Origin: a plasmid
Strand: one strand, 5' to 3'
Length of the DNA stretch: 64,000 nucleotides
Sequence record: NZ_CP023785.1
Numbering within the stretch: position 1 is the first letter of the stretch; every line of letters starts with the position of its first letter. Positions 33,420 through 44,081 of this stretch are shown in pieces. The position numbers were made by a program, and so were the translations under genes. A model generated the notes under the pieces. It ran no database searches. It was not told the origin of the DNA and saw only the letters and a list, made by a program, of their open reading frames with translations.

Positions 33420-33530
33420 ATACTATTATAACATATTTATTTTTAGTTACTACCAAAAAAAAGATATATATGTACTACCTTATAATTAATAAGGAAAAGG
33501 TAGTACATAAATAAGGAAAAGCTGAAATAT
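33420..33530. repeat. iterons upstream of parA (tagttactacc; inverted pair tgtactacctta ... aaggtagtacat)
   Basis: same GGTAGTA motif as the large array at 62.3-63.9 kb. Confidence 0.5.
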
Positions 33531-33669
33531 ATTGATTTATAGCTTTCCTCAAAGTAATGACGTTATTTAATTTATCGAGAAGCAGAGAATACTCGCGACT
33601 TTAGTCATGTAGACGAATCAGATTTTCGATAAAAAAGAAGCCGTCCTTCTTAAGAACGACAACAAATCA

Positions 33670-33957
33670 CTAGATTAATTTTTTCAACTGATCATAAAAG
33701 TTTTCATGCGTTCCACATAACAATACTGGAATAACCTTGTTTTCTATAATCTCGTAAGCTACTCTATATGTTGTGCCCGCATATTTGAACCCACTAGACC
33801 AAATACCTGATAAATCCCCAGTTTTTTGTTCACCCTTATATGGATCAATCGCAATTTCATCATAAATTAAATTCAAAAATTTTTCTTTCAATGGCTTCTC
33901 TTTTAGCTTTTTTAAATACTTAATGACATGTTTTGAAGGAACGATTTCATAAGCCAA
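33670..33957 (-). CDS. RelE/ParE-superfamily toxin (95 aa)
   Basis: C-terminal ...GTTYRVAYEIIENKVIPVLLCGTHENFY fold pattern; 11-bp overlap with upstream antitoxin gene. Confidence 0.65.
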   Translation of the reverse strand: MAYEIVPSKHVIKYLKKLKEKPLKEKFLNLIYDEIAIDPYKGEQKTGDLSGIWSSGFKYAGTTYRVAYEIIENKVIPVLLCGTHENFYDQLKKLI

Positions 33958-34276
33958 TTTCTGTTGCCAACTCCTCTTTAGTCATTACTTTAGAATTAGT
34001 AAGTGTATCTTCAGCAATATCTCTAAAGGAAGAATGCATTTTGTTTTTTCTATTCTTAAATTCTACAAGAATCTCATCTTTATCGTAGCCTTCTGCAATT
34101 ATATCAGACAAAATATCTTCGCTAAAATCATAAAATTCTTTTTGTGGTTCAACAAATTCATAAAGAATACCATTCTCTACCAACTTTGCTTCAACTTCGA
34201 CTCCATTAGGAACATTAAAATCTTTAGGTACTGTCAACATGATTGAATTGCCTTGTTTTCTTGTTTTTGTAATCAT
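33947..34276 (-). CDS. AbrB/MazE-fold antitoxin (109 aa)
   Basis: N-terminal swapped-hairpin motif ITKTRKQGNSIMLTVPKDF; palindromic operator around extended -10 tggtataat at 34290-34350. Confidence 0.6.
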   Translation of the reverse strand: MITKTRKQGNSIMLTVPKDFNVPNGVEVEAKLVENGILYEFVEPQKEFYDFSEDILSDIIAEGYDKDEILVEFKNRKNKMHSSFRDIAEDTLTNSKVMTKEELATEIGL

Positions 34277-34370
34277 TTAAATCCCTCATTTCTAACAGTA
34301 TGTAATTACTTAGTAAATACATTATACCACGAGATAATGTATTTACAAGTAATTACTGTGACTCGTAATG

Positions 34371-35178
34371 GGTTCTGTTGCAAAGTTTTAAATAAAGAAT
34401 AAAATCCCTTACGGTATCTATGATTTAAGCTGGGATTCCCAATAATACCTTGATTTCAGTACAGACCGAAAACCCGAAGAGAGTGCCTTCTTTTCGGGTT
34501 TTCTTATATAATCCTCGAATGGCTTCCATGCCTTTAATCGTGGTAGAGGCAGTGCGTAAACTTCGATAGAATTTATTGCGTCTCTTTACTGGACGATGGT
34601 CTTGTTCAATCAAATTATTCAGGTATTTAATGGTACGATGTTCTGTCCCTTGATAAAAGCCGTATTCTTTTAGTTTCTTAAAGGCACTTGTAATAGAGGG
34701 GGCTTTATCTGTGACTACAACCTTCGGTTCATCAAACTGCTTCACTAACCGCTTAAGAAAAGCATAGGCTGCTTGTGTGTCCCGTTTTTTACGTAACCAG
34801 ATATCTAAGGTTAAGCCGTCCGCATCAATTGCACGATAAAGATAATGCCAACGTCCCTTAATTTTGATATAGGTTTCGTCCATTTTCCATGAATAGAAGG
34901 ATTGTCTATTTTTCTTCTTCCAAAGATAATAGAGGACTTTGCTGTACTCTTATACCCAACGATAAATCGTAGTATGACAAACATTTATTCCACGATCATA
35001 TAACAATTCCTGAACTTCACGATAGCTTAGATTGTAACGCAGGTAGTAACCAACAGCGACAATAATGACGTCTTTTTTGAATTGTTTGCCTTTAAAATGA
35101 TTCATTACTCTGTCCTCTCTGTCTTTTTTCTCAATTTTACACTAAAATAGATTTTTTGGAAAACTTTGCAACAGAACC
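34371..35178 (-). mobile_element. IS6-family element, hybrid (5' third like the 8605 variant, remainder IS1216) with an in-frame TAA nonsense codon (Gln->stop at 34950-34952)
   Basis: IRs at both ends; CAA->TAA relative to copy at 8605. Confidence 0.85.
34425..35100 (-). pseudogene. IS6 transposase inactivated by nonsense mutation
   Basis: W V * E Y S at position where other copy reads W V Q E Y S. Confidence 0.8.
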
Positions 35179-35460
35179 GAAATGAGTATAGTATGAATTA
35201 GTAATTTGGTTTTCATCTAAGTTTAGCTTTGATTTACTAAAATTGATATCTCGATACATGTTCAATACATCTAATACAAATCGAGAATCTTCTTTCGGAA
35301 ATGGCTCAGAAAGATCACTCCAAATTTCATCATCATAATGATACTCGTAACCTTCTCTCAATATTTCGATTTTTCTTTCATAATAAGATCTGTTTTGGTC
35401 CTCAAATTTAGCCAATAACTCAAATTGATTTACTAGTGACAATCTCTGAAAACTGTCCAT
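35179..35460 (-). pseudogene. YfbU-family (UPF0304) protein, C-terminally truncated by the IS6 element
   Basis: QRLSLVNQFELL...RFVLDVLNMYRDI parallels YfbU N-terminal half; ORF reads into the IS IR. Confidence 0.45.
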
Positions 35461-35921
35461 TAAATGTTTCTTCCTATCTTGTTCATTAACAAAAAATTAT
35501 AAGCCCTTACAACGAATATTATATATTAAATTTAATTGTAGGTGAACACGAATTTTATAAATATTTATGGTGTTAATGACAAATGATATCCGACTCCTCT
35601 TCATACGTTCTGGACTATTTGCTAATAGATTAAAATTTCAGCATCTATTTCTGACCATAAATAAATGAGCTGCCGAAAAGCTGCCAAATCAGACTTGAAA
35701 ATAAAGGATCAAAAACTTTTAAGTTTCTGACCCCGTAACTCACACTTCAAAATCTTACTTAAAAAGGAGTCTGAAAGAAAAAAAGAGTATTCAAAATTTT
35801 TTTCTAACTAGCTACATCACATCTATGCATTGACACTCAAAGAACCAGAATAAGTCATCAGAAAGCAAGGGGGTGCGGACATAATCCTGGACGAAAAAAT
35901 AAACTTAGGAGGAATGTCCGT

Positions 35922-36740
35922 GTGTTTTCCCACAAAGAGCGTGTAAGGGCAATTCAGTTATTTTTAAAATACGATTGCTCTTATGCTGCAACCATTCGAG
36001 AATTAGGGTATCCGTCGATTGGTGCACTACGGAAATGGTATAAAGAGTATTTGGAATCCGGAGAGCTCCATCAGGAGCACCGAAAAAAATCAAAGTATTC
36101 TGAAGAACAAAAACGAATAGCGGTGAATCATTATTTTGAATATGGTCAATGTTATGCACGAACCATTCGCATGCTTGGTTATCCTAATAGAGAGTCCTTG
36201 CGGCAGCGGTGTGAAGAACTTGCACCAGGAGCTAGAAAACTCCGAAAAAGTGCGGTAAAGTTAACACAAGATCAAAAAGAAGCTGTGTTGAAAAAATTCT
36301 ATAAACCGCAAACTAATAGGAAAAATTTAGCCGAATCTGGAGGAATTAGTAGAGTTACTCTATATCAATGGAAAAACACGGTTCTTGGAAAGGATTTTCC
36401 ATTGTGTATGACTTTAAAAAATCAGGAAAAACAAAAAGAGCTACTTTTAAAGGAAGTAGAAGACTTACAAAAACAAGTACACCAATTACAGCTCGAAAAA
36501 GCATTACTCGAAGGAGCGGCTGAACTGCTAAAAAAAGAAAAAGGCGTCAATCTTCTTTGTCTATCAAATCAAGAAAAAACGATATTGATTGATGCCTTAC
36601 GAAATCAGTTCACCTTGAAAGAGCTTCTTCAACAGCTCCAGTTTCCTAAAAGCAGCTATTTTTATCAAAAACAAGCACTTGAGAAACCAGATAAGTATTA
36701 CAAAGAACGTCAAATTAATTATCACGATTTTCAATCATAA
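35922..36740 (+). CDS. IS3-family OrfA (GTG start, HTH + leucine zipper)
   Basis: RBS aggagg 35907-35912; QLQLEKALLEGAAELLKKEK zipper. Confidence 0.7.
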   Translation: MFSHKERVRAIQLFLKYDCSYAATIRELGYPSIGALRKWYKEYLESGELHQEHRKKSKYSEEQKRIAVNHYFEYGQCYARTIRMLGYPNRESLRQRCEELAPGARKLRKSAVKLTQDQKEAVLKKFYKPQTNRKNLAESGGISRVTLYQWKNTVLGKDFPLCMTLKNQEKQKELLLKEVEDLQKQVHQLQLEKALLEGAAELLKKEKGVNLLCLSNQEKTILIDALRNQFTLKELLQQLQFPKSSYFYQKQALEKPDKYYKERQINYHDFQS

Positions 36741-37304
36741 CTTCTGTGCGTATGGTTACCGTAGAATTCACCAAGCTTTAAAAAATATGGGTAAAAAGCT
36801 TTCTGAAAAAGTTGTACGTAGATTGATGACTGAGGAAAATCTATTTGTTAAATTTTCTAGACGAAAAAAGTATTCTTCGTATGCTGGGGAAATTTCTCCT
36901 GCACACCCTAATTTATTAAATCGGAATTTTAAAGCAAAGAAGCCAAATGAAAAATGGTTAACAGATATTACTGAATTTAGAATTCTCGCAGGGAAAATCT
37001 ACTTATCACCACTTGTCGATTGTTACGATGGTGCTATTGTTAGTTGGACTATTGGAACAAAGCCAACTTGCTTCACTCTATGTCTAAAAAGGGTTATTCA
37101 CCAGATAATTCAGCGTGCGAAGGTTTCTTTGGACGATTAAAAAACGAGATGTTTTATCAACGTGACTGGAAGAATACAACAATCAATCAGTTTATAAACA
37201 AATTGGATGATTATATTCATTGGTATAATAATCAACGAATTAAGTTATCTTTAGGAGGGCTAAGCCCTCTTCAATATCGGAAGAAGCAAAGATATATTTG
37301 TTAA
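36679..37304 (+). pseudogene. IS3-family OrfB remnant lacking the central DDE segment (deletion between ...WTIGTKP and LHSMSKKGYSPDNSACEGFF...)
   Basis: two short frames 36679-37140 and 37044-37304; catalytic HSD/E region absent. Confidence 0.65.
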
Positions 37305-37539
37305 AAAGGTCCAAAAAAAATATCCGCACCCCCTTTTTTTTGTAAAAAACTATTGCACAATACAAGTAGCCTACGGCTATCGAAATTTCCATAACTTTCG
37401 AGCAAGAACTTATCTCATTCAAGGCTTGATCTTCCAAGTAAAACAAAAACCAGTTAAGCACTCTGCCTAACTGGTTATGACTAAATTTTCAGTTGTATCT
37501 TTCTCTACCAACACTAAATGTCGAAGAGCCTTTTTTCGT

Positions 37540-38415
37540 TTATGAATGTAAGACCGCTTCTCGAGCCAATGCCAAACAACCGAGCGTTCCAGCGTTGTCT
37601 TCTAATGCTGGGGTCACGATATATTTGCTTAACTCAGGTGTTTCGACATACCCATTGACCAATTTTGCAAATGCGTCGTGGACGTTTTGCAGCATATGGC
37701 GTTGTTTCATCACACCACCGCCAAAAATGATCACATCTGGAGAAAACATCAAGGTTGTATTGTAGGCACATTGAGCAATATAGGAGGCTTCGATTTCCCA
37801 ATAAGGATCATCTTCTGCAACCTCTTGTCCTTTTTTCCCTAAGCGTTTTTCGATGGCGGGTCCAGCGGCCATCCCTTCTAAACAGTTGCCATGAAATGGA
37901 CAGCTGCCAGCAAAGTCATCTTTTGGATAAGGGACGACGAGCATATGCCCCATTTCTGGATGACTAAACCCTTCGATAAAGCGCCCTTCTTGTAAGGCAC
38001 CGCCGCCAACACCCGTACCGATCGTATAGTAAACGACACTGCTCAATCCTTTGCCACTGCCGAAGACATACTCACCATAGGCAGCCGCATTGACATCTGT
38101 TGTCCAAGAAATCGGGATCGGAAATTCTTTTTTCATGGTACCGATGAAATCAAAATTTTGCCATGCCAATTTCGGGGTCGAGGTAATGTACCCATAAGTG
38201 GCGGAATCGCGATGGATATCGATAGGCCCAAATGAGCCAATCCCAATCCCTGCTAAATCTGCTTGGTATTGTTTGAAGAAGTCAATGACTAAAGGTATTG
38301 TTTCCTCAGGTGTCGTTGTCGGAAAGCTCACTCTTTCCTTGATCGTCATTTCTTCATCGCCAATGGCACACACAAATTTTGTGCCGCCTGCTTCGATTGA
38401 ACCATAAATCATCAC
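37540..38415 (-). CDS. scrK: ROK-family fructokinase
   Basis: GIEAGGTKF N-terminus and CxCGxxGC(L)E zinc motif (CPFHGNCLEG). Confidence 0.8.
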   Translation of the reverse strand: MMIYGSIEAGGTKFVCAIGDEEMTIKERVSFPTTTPEETIPLVIDFFKQYQADLAGIGIGSFGPIDIHRDSATYGYITSTPKLAWQNFDFIGTMKKEFPIPISWTTDVNAAAYGEYVFGSGKGLSSVVYYTIGTGVGGGALQEGRFIEGFSHPEMGHMLVVPYPKDDFAGSCPFHGNCLEGMAAGPAIEKRLGKKGQEVAEDDPYWEIEASYIAQCAYNTTLMFSPDVIIFGGGVMKQRHMLQNVHDAFAKLVNGYVETPELSKYIVTPALEDNAGTLGCLALAREAVLHS

Positions 38416-38428
38416 TGAGCTCTCCCTT

Positions 38429-39901
38429 CTATAGATTAATTAAGCCGCTTTCCAATGAAAAGGTTACTTCACTGTCTGCCAGCAAAAGAAAATCCTGTCC
38501 TTTTTCTGTCTCATAAAAAGTTGTACTCATAGTCAGACGATCATTTAAAAAAAGCTCAATAGCTGAAGTATCACGGAAAATTTCGATGGTTAGACAATTA
38601 TTTTCCAAAGGAATCGTCACACTGCGCTTTTTCAACACTTCCTTTTCAGCTCCTGATAAATCATACGGCATGTGTTCCCTGGAAGCAGTAAAGCACTCCC
38701 GTTCAACATCATAGTTAAGCAGTAATGTATGGTCGGGTCCCTTCGCATAGTGAAGTTCTAGTTTCGTTGCCTGTTTTAAATTGATTTCCAAGCGTAAATA
38801 GTGCTGGTCATATACTAAGTCCTTCAGTAAGAAGCGATTCTCTTCAGTCTTCGCCCATTCAATCCTTTCCTGCGGATCAATTACTTGATAAATTGATGAA
38901 ACTGGCCGTTGCAACAATTGATTATCAGCCACCCTCAGCTCTCTAGGCAAGGTCATGGAACCTGACCAACCATGGCCCAGATCATTCGTAGGTATTTTAC
39001 GCTGCCACATTTGCATCCAAGCAATCATTATTCTTTGGCCTGCTTCGTTTTCACAGGTCTGGGGTGCATAAAAATCTAAACCGCCATCGATTTCATGAAA
39101 ATTCTCTACTAGAAATTTGCCTGTTTGCCAATCGACAGTACCGATGAAAGCAACAGTTGAGTTCGTATTTTGGTAAGCATTGCCTTGTGGAGTCATTTGA
39201 ATAGGAGAAAGAATCAAGACTTCTTTTCCATCTAGTTCAAACAAGTCTGGGCATTCCCATACAATGCCTTGTTCTGGAGTTCCCTCCAGCAATACGGAAT
39301 AAAACTCCCAAGTTAGTAAATCTTTGGAATGGAACATCACAATTTGTCCACGAGCATCTGCAGTTTTAGTAGCGACTACAGTAAAATAGTCTTCTTTTCG
39401 CTGAAACACTTTGGGATCGCGGAAATCTTCGGTCGTTGCAACAGAAGCTAAGTGATCTTCTGCGATGATTGGATTTCCGGCATATTTTTCAAAGTGAATG
39501 CCATCTTCTGAAACTGCCAAACACTGAACTTGTCGAACTTGCCCTTCCACAACATTGTGTCCTGTATAAATCAAATACAGCTTGCCATCCTTTTCTATGG
39601 CACTGCCGGAAAAACAGCCTTCCTTGTCATAGCTTTCACCTGGTGCCAGTGCTACTGGCAAATGCTCCCAGTGAATTAGATCCTTGCTTTTAGCATGGCC
39701 CCAATGCATTGGTCCCCAGATGCTGTCGTAAGGATAATATTGATAAAACAAGTGATACTCCTCTTGATAATAAACAAAACCATTTGGATCATTCATCCAG
39801 CCAATCGGAGCCATCAAATGAAATTTATTCCGGTATTCTTGATTGACTGTTTGAGCATTTTTCTCAATAAACTCATTGGCCTTTAAAAGTTTTTGCAACA
39901 T
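38429..39901 (-). CDS. GH32 beta-fructofuranosidase / sucrose-6-phosphate hydrolase
   Basis: WMNDPNG, FRDPKVF and WECPDLF catalytic motifs. Confidence 0.85.
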   Translation of the reverse strand: MLQKLLKANEFIEKNAQTVNQEYRNKFHLMAPIGWMNDPNGFVYYQEEYHLFYQYYPYDSIWGPMHWGHAKSKDLIHWEHLPVALAPGESYDKEGCFSGSAIEKDGKLYLIYTGHNVVEGQVRQVQCLAVSEDGIHFEKYAGNPIIAEDHLASVATTEDFRDPKVFQRKEDYFTVVATKTADARGQIVMFHSKDLLTWEFYSVLLEGTPEQGIVWECPDLFELDGKEVLILSPIQMTPQGNAYQNTNSTVAFIGTVDWQTGKFLVENFHEIDGGLDFYAPQTCENEAGQRIMIAWMQMWQRKIPTNDLGHGWSGSMTLPRELRVADNQLLQRPVSSIYQVIDPQERIEWAKTEENRFLLKDLVYDQHYLRLEINLKQATKLELHYAKGPDHTLLLNYDVERECFTASREHMPYDLSGAEKEVLKKRSVTIPLENNCLTIEIFRDTSAIELFLNDRLTMSTTFYETEKGQDFLLLADSEVTFSLESGLINL

Positions 39902-39914
39902 TCACTATTCACTC

Positions 39915-40763
39915 CTATTTTATACCCGTTCCAGAACCGCCAAGTCCCTGCAGAATATATTTTTGTGCAACGATATAAACAATAATCAGTGGAATCGTTG
40001 CAATGGTTAAAACAGCCATCACTTGATTGATATAAACTGGCTGTGTAGTATTGATCGTAGTAATTGCCACTTGCATTGAAAATTTGCTGCTGTCAGTTAA
40101 GACCATTAACGGCCAAATATAATCATTCCAGCTGGAGATAAAGGATAAGACACCTACTGTGGCTATGGCTGGTTTAGACATTGGCAGCATGATGTGAAAG
40201 AAAATTTTAACAATATTTGCACCATCTAATTTCGCTGATTCAATGATTTCTTCTGGAATCGCGATAAAGAAATTTCTAAACAGATAGATATTAAACGCGC
40301 TGGCCATCGCTGGTAAAATCACTGCCAAGCGAGTATTCACTAAGCCTAGTGAATTAACGATGGTAAATTGCGGAATTAAAACCGTCTCCATCGGGACAAT
40401 CAGCAGAGCTAACAAAGCTCCAAAGATAATTTTCTTGCCTGAAAAATTAACCTTCGCAAAGGCAAAACCCGCCAAAGAGTTTACAATGATTGACCCACAG
40501 GCAAAGGTTAAACCATAAAAAATACTGTTTAATAAATAAGTTCCCACACTGAACCGGGAAATAACCTCTTGATAAGTTTTAAACCAATTAGCTGGATTCA
40601 AACTAGGTAAAAAAGCTTTGAAGGAAGCTAAATTTTGATAGACATCTGCTTCAGGCTTCATAGAGGAAACTACCATCCACAGCATCGGGAAAATGAATAA
40701 TGCCGCTAAAAGGAACAGCAAACAATATTCTACGATCATTAGCGGTCCAAATTTCTTGGTCAT
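39915..40763 (-). CDS. carbohydrate ABC transporter permease (MalG-like)
   Basis: EAA-loop region ...AKLDGANIVKIFFHIMLP. Confidence 0.8.
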   Translation of the reverse strand: MTKKFGPLMIVEYCLLFLLAALFIFPMLWMVVSSMKPEADVYQNLASFKAFLPSLNPANWFKTYQEVISRFSVGTYLLNSIFYGLTFACGSIIVNSLAGFAFAKVNFSGKKIIFGALLALLIVPMETVLIPQFTIVNSLGLVNTRLAVILPAMASAFNIYLFRNFFIAIPEEIIESAKLDGANIVKIFFHIMLPMSKPAIATVGVLSFISSWNDYIWPLMVLTDSSKFSMQVAITTINTTQPVYINQVMAVLTIATIPLIIVYIVAQKYILQGLGGSGTGIK

Positions 40764-41644
40764 GCTGGATCATCCTCCTTTACCAATTTTCTTTGAGCAA
40801 TTGTAATTAAACCAATCATAGTGGTAAAGATTAACGCAATGGAGCTGGAGTAGCCTACCATACGGTCTGTAAATCCAGTTTGGTAAATGTAATAAACCAT
40901 TGTCATAGTAGAATTCATTGGTCCACCTTGAGTCATTACCATTGGCTGAATGATTAGTTTAAAGGCCGAAATCAATGTGGTAAGTAAAATAAAAATCGCC
41001 GTGGGCTTTAATAATGGCATGGTGATATAGCGAAATTGCTGAAACTTAGAAAAACCATCAATTTCGGCTGCCTCATAAACGTCTTGCGGAATATTTTGCA
41101 TTCCCCCTAAAAACAGCAGCATCTGATATCCTGCACCTTGCCATGCCGATACGAACACAAGCGTATACATTGCTTGTTTGGGACTAGTCAAAAAAGGCTG
41201 CGAAGCAATTCCAATCTTTGCAAATAGCGTATTAACCAGACCTTCATTAGGATTTAACAAGTACAACCATAAAATCGAAATAACGACTAAGGACATCACG
41301 ACTGGCGCAAAAAAGGCTACTTTAAAAAAGATATTTCCTTTACGATTTTTGTTGATAATAAGTGCCATTCCTAAAGCTGCCCCTATTTGGACCGGAATAA
41401 TCCAAACAACAAATTTAGCCGTGTTCCAAATACTTTTTACAAAAATTGGATCAGCGAACAGTCGCTTAAAATTTTCTAAGCCGATAAATTGTCTAGCATC
41501 TGGCATTAACAAATAATAATCAGTAAAGGCATAATAAATTACCATGATTACGGGTATGATCAGAAAAATCGTCAGCAGCAGCAAAGCTGGCGCTAGAAAG
41601 CCGTAACCTATCAAATTGTCTTTCATTGTCGGTTTTTTTAACAC
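40760..41644 (-). CDS. carbohydrate ABC transporter permease (MalF-like)
   Basis: 6 TM, EAA loop AAEIDGFSKFQQFRYITMP. Confidence 0.8.
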   Translation of the reverse strand: MLKKPTMKDNLIGYGFLAPALLLLTIFLIIPVIMVIYYAFTDYYLLMPDARQFIGLENFKRLFADPIFVKSIWNTAKFVVWIIPVQIGAALGMALIINKNRKGNIFFKVAFFAPVVMSLVVISILWLYLLNPNEGLVNTLFAKIGIASQPFLTSPKQAMYTLVFVSAWQGAGYQMLLFLGGMQNIPQDVYEAAEIDGFSKFQQFRYITMPLLKPTAIFILLTTLISAFKLIIQPMVMTQGGPMNSTMTMVYYIYQTGFTDRMVGYSSSIALIFTTMIGLITIAQRKLVKEDDPA

Positions 41645-41668
41645 TTGATTGGCCCCCTTTAGAAACTT

Positions 41669-43027
41669 CTATTTTAGTGAAGTATCAATTGCCTGTTGCA
41701 TTTCAGCAGCGCGACTATCTGCTACTTTTTGTACATCTGGGTTTTCCTCGAAGTAGCTAATATCTTGAACTGCTTGTTGGAATGCTCTAGATACTTGCGG
41801 ATAAGCTACAACCACTGGGCGGGCATGTCCAGAAATTTGGTTTTGCTTAATTAATACCTGCATTCCTTCCGACACTTCATCTTTAATTAAATCAACTGTT
41901 GAATTTCTGATAGGTAGAACACTGTTCCCTAAACTCATAATACGACTAGATTCTGTACTGGTTGCAAACTTAATAAAGGCCGCAGAAGCATCCTTTTTCT
42001 CTGTTTTCTCAGTCATTGCTAACTGCCAGCTTCCGGTTGGTGAAACTAACTCCCCAGTTGCATCTGAAACGGGGTAAGGCAAAATACCATAATCAATCTC
42101 TTGATAGTTTTCCTCTAAATCTGCCATTGTCCAAGAACCGCTCAGCATCATGGCATATTTGCCAGTTTCAAATCCTTTTTCAATAGGACTGATTGTGGTG
42201 TAACCTTTTTCAACCAATTCTTGAATAAATTCCAACGCTTCAACGGATTTTTTACCGTTAAAATAGTCTTCGGCTTTGGTTCCATCAGCATTAACGACAT
42301 CGCCGCCATTCGACCATATAAATGGTGTATATGCGTAGGTCAGCATTTCGTCTCCCGACGCCATTTGCATATCAATTGCAGGCGTTTTGTATTTATCAGT
42401 CAGCTTTTGGCAAATTGCTTGAAATTCCGTCCAAGTCCAAGGATCTTCTAACGTCGGCAATTGATCTTCTGTAATTCCAGCATCTTTGAACAGCGACTTA
42501 TTGTAATAGACACCCACACTGGACTCTGAGAAACCAAACGCATACATTTTGCCATCGTAGGTTCCTTGCTGAATAATGCTGTCTAATACATCATCCATGT
42601 CCGCATCTTTCAAATAATCATCTAATGGAGCAATGACTCCTGAATGAGCATAAGCTGCAGTATTCGGTCCATCTAACGTAATAACATCAGGAAGGGTATT
42701 GGTTGTAATTGCAGCATTTACTTTATCCTCATATCCACCGCCGCTTCCGCTACGAGGAATATACTCAGTAACAGCTTTATATTCACCCTCGTATTCATCA
42801 TTAAAATTGTTCACAATCTCTGCCCAAGCTTTTCCTTCAGGCGTTTCATCAGAAAACTGAACCCAAATCTTAATTTCTCCTGGATCACTGCTACCTGAAC
42901 TTTTCTCCTTACTGCCACATCCTGCAAGTCCTCCAGCTGTTAATGCTAAAATTGCTGCAATTGCTAACATTCTCTTTTTCATCGATGTTCCTCCTATTTT
43001 TTGAAACGTTTCCGTTTTATTTTTCAA
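41669..43027 (-). CDS. extracellular sugar-binding lipoprotein of ABC transporter
   Basis: lipobox LAGC, SBP family 1 size. Confidence 0.8.
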   Translation of the reverse strand: MKNKTETFQKIGGTSMKKRMLAIAAILALTAGGLAGCGSKEKSSGSSDPGEIKIWVQFSDETPEGKAWAEIVNNFNDEYEGEYKAVTEYIPRSGSGGGYEDKVNAAITTNTLPDVITLDGPNTAAYAHSGVIAPLDDYLKDADMDDVLDSIIQQGTYDGKMYAFGFSESSVGVYYNKSLFKDAGITEDQLPTLEDPWTWTEFQAICQKLTDKYKTPAIDMQMASGDEMLTYAYTPFIWSNGGDVVNADGTKAEDYFNGKKSVEALEFIQELVEKGYTTISPIEKGFETGKYAMMLSGSWTMADLEENYQEIDYGILPYPVSDATGELVSPTGSWQLAMTEKTEKKDASAAFIKFATSTESSRIMSLGNSVLPIRNSTVDLIKDEVSEGMQVLIKQNQISGHARPVVVAYPQVSRAFQQAVQDISYFEENPDVQKVADSRAAEMQQAIDTSLK

Positions 43028-43121
43028 TTAATTGGTAACGTTTCCAATTAATTGGTTTTAAGATATCATTGAAATCACTTTCTGTCAACCTATCTCAAAA
43101 AAATCGTTATAAACCGGTTTT

Positions 43122-44081
43122 TTACTCTTTAGTCGTCTCTCCAGCGTGAAAGAAAACCGGTACTACCACACGCTTAGGCGGTTCTTCATTTAAAATCATC
43201 GCCATGAGTGTTTCTACTGAAACCTTGGCCATTTCCTCTATCGGCTGTACAATCGTTGATAGTAAATAGTCTTTTTGCAACGATAGCTTGACTCCATCAA
43301 AACCAATAATTTGAAAATCCTTAGGTGCTTCCTTCCCTAGTTTTTTTTGGGCTTTTATCACATCCAAAGCCATGAAATCATTGATGGTAAAAATGCTATC
43401 AATTTCAGGATTATCCGAAAAAAAAGCGAGCAATTGTTCCTCTAAATTGCTAATTGGTTCAGGCATATCCAATACCTTCACAGCTATTTTATTTTCCTTA
43501 CAAATATTGTAAAAACCAGCTTTACGATTGTTTGTTTCGTTAGGGTAAGGTGAAACACCCCCAACATAGCACAAGTTTTTACAGTTACGAGTAAGTAGTT
43601 CTTGAGCGGCAATTTGCCCACCTAAATAATTATCTGCCGTTACATAAGAAACCTGTTCCGAAAAATGGCGGTCTATACTGACAAATGGTAAATTTGATGA
43701 TACATATTTATCAATGTCTGAATAGGTAATACCTATAATTCCGTCTACTTTACTCTGCTTGACCATTTGGATATATTCTTTTTCTTTTTCCGCACTGCCG
43801 TTCGCATTACACAAAAAAAGCTTATAATTTTTTTGGCTGAGAGCTTCCTCTACATAGTAGGCAAACTCGGAAAAGAAGGGATGCCAAATCGTAGGTAAAA
43901 TAAGAGCTATTGTATTGCTACTATTCGTTTTCATACCTCTGGCATATTCATCAGGCTCATAATTAAGCTCACTAATTGCAGCCATTACTTTTTCTTTGGT
44001 AACCTCTTTCACCTTTACTCCATTTATTACTCTAGATACCGTACCCACACCAACTCCTGCTAACGCAGCAACATCCTTCAT
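43122..44081 (-). CDS. LacI-family transcriptional regulator (start most likely MKDVAALAG at 44081)
   Basis: HTH MKDVAALAGVGVGTVSRVING. Confidence 0.8.
   Translation of the reverse strand: MKDVAALAGVGVGTVSRVINGVKVKEVTKEKVMAAISELNYEPDEYARGMKTNSSNTIALILPTIWHPFFSEFAYYVEEALSQKNYKLFLCNANGSAEKEKEYIQMVKQSKVDGIIGITYSDIDKYVSSNLPFVSIDRHFSEQVSYVTADNYLGGQIAAQELLTRNCKNLCYVGGVSPYPNETNNRKAGFYNICKENKIAVKVLDMPEPISNLEEQLLAFFSDNPEIDSIFTINDFMALDVIKAQKKLGKEAPKDFQIIGFDGVKLSLQKDYLLSTIVQPIEEMAKVSVETLMAMILNEEPPKRVVVPVFFHAGETTKE

Larger units (their letters stand above)
35869..37334 (+). mobile_element. IS3-family element with 24-bp IRs gggggtgcgga(c/t)at...ggac; orfB carries an internal deletion
   Basis: IRs 35869-35892 and 37309-37334 (inverted). 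Confidence 0.7.

Noticed and set aside
35905-36159. 84-aa minus ORF
   Set aside because: Overlaps IS3 orfA on the opposite strand.
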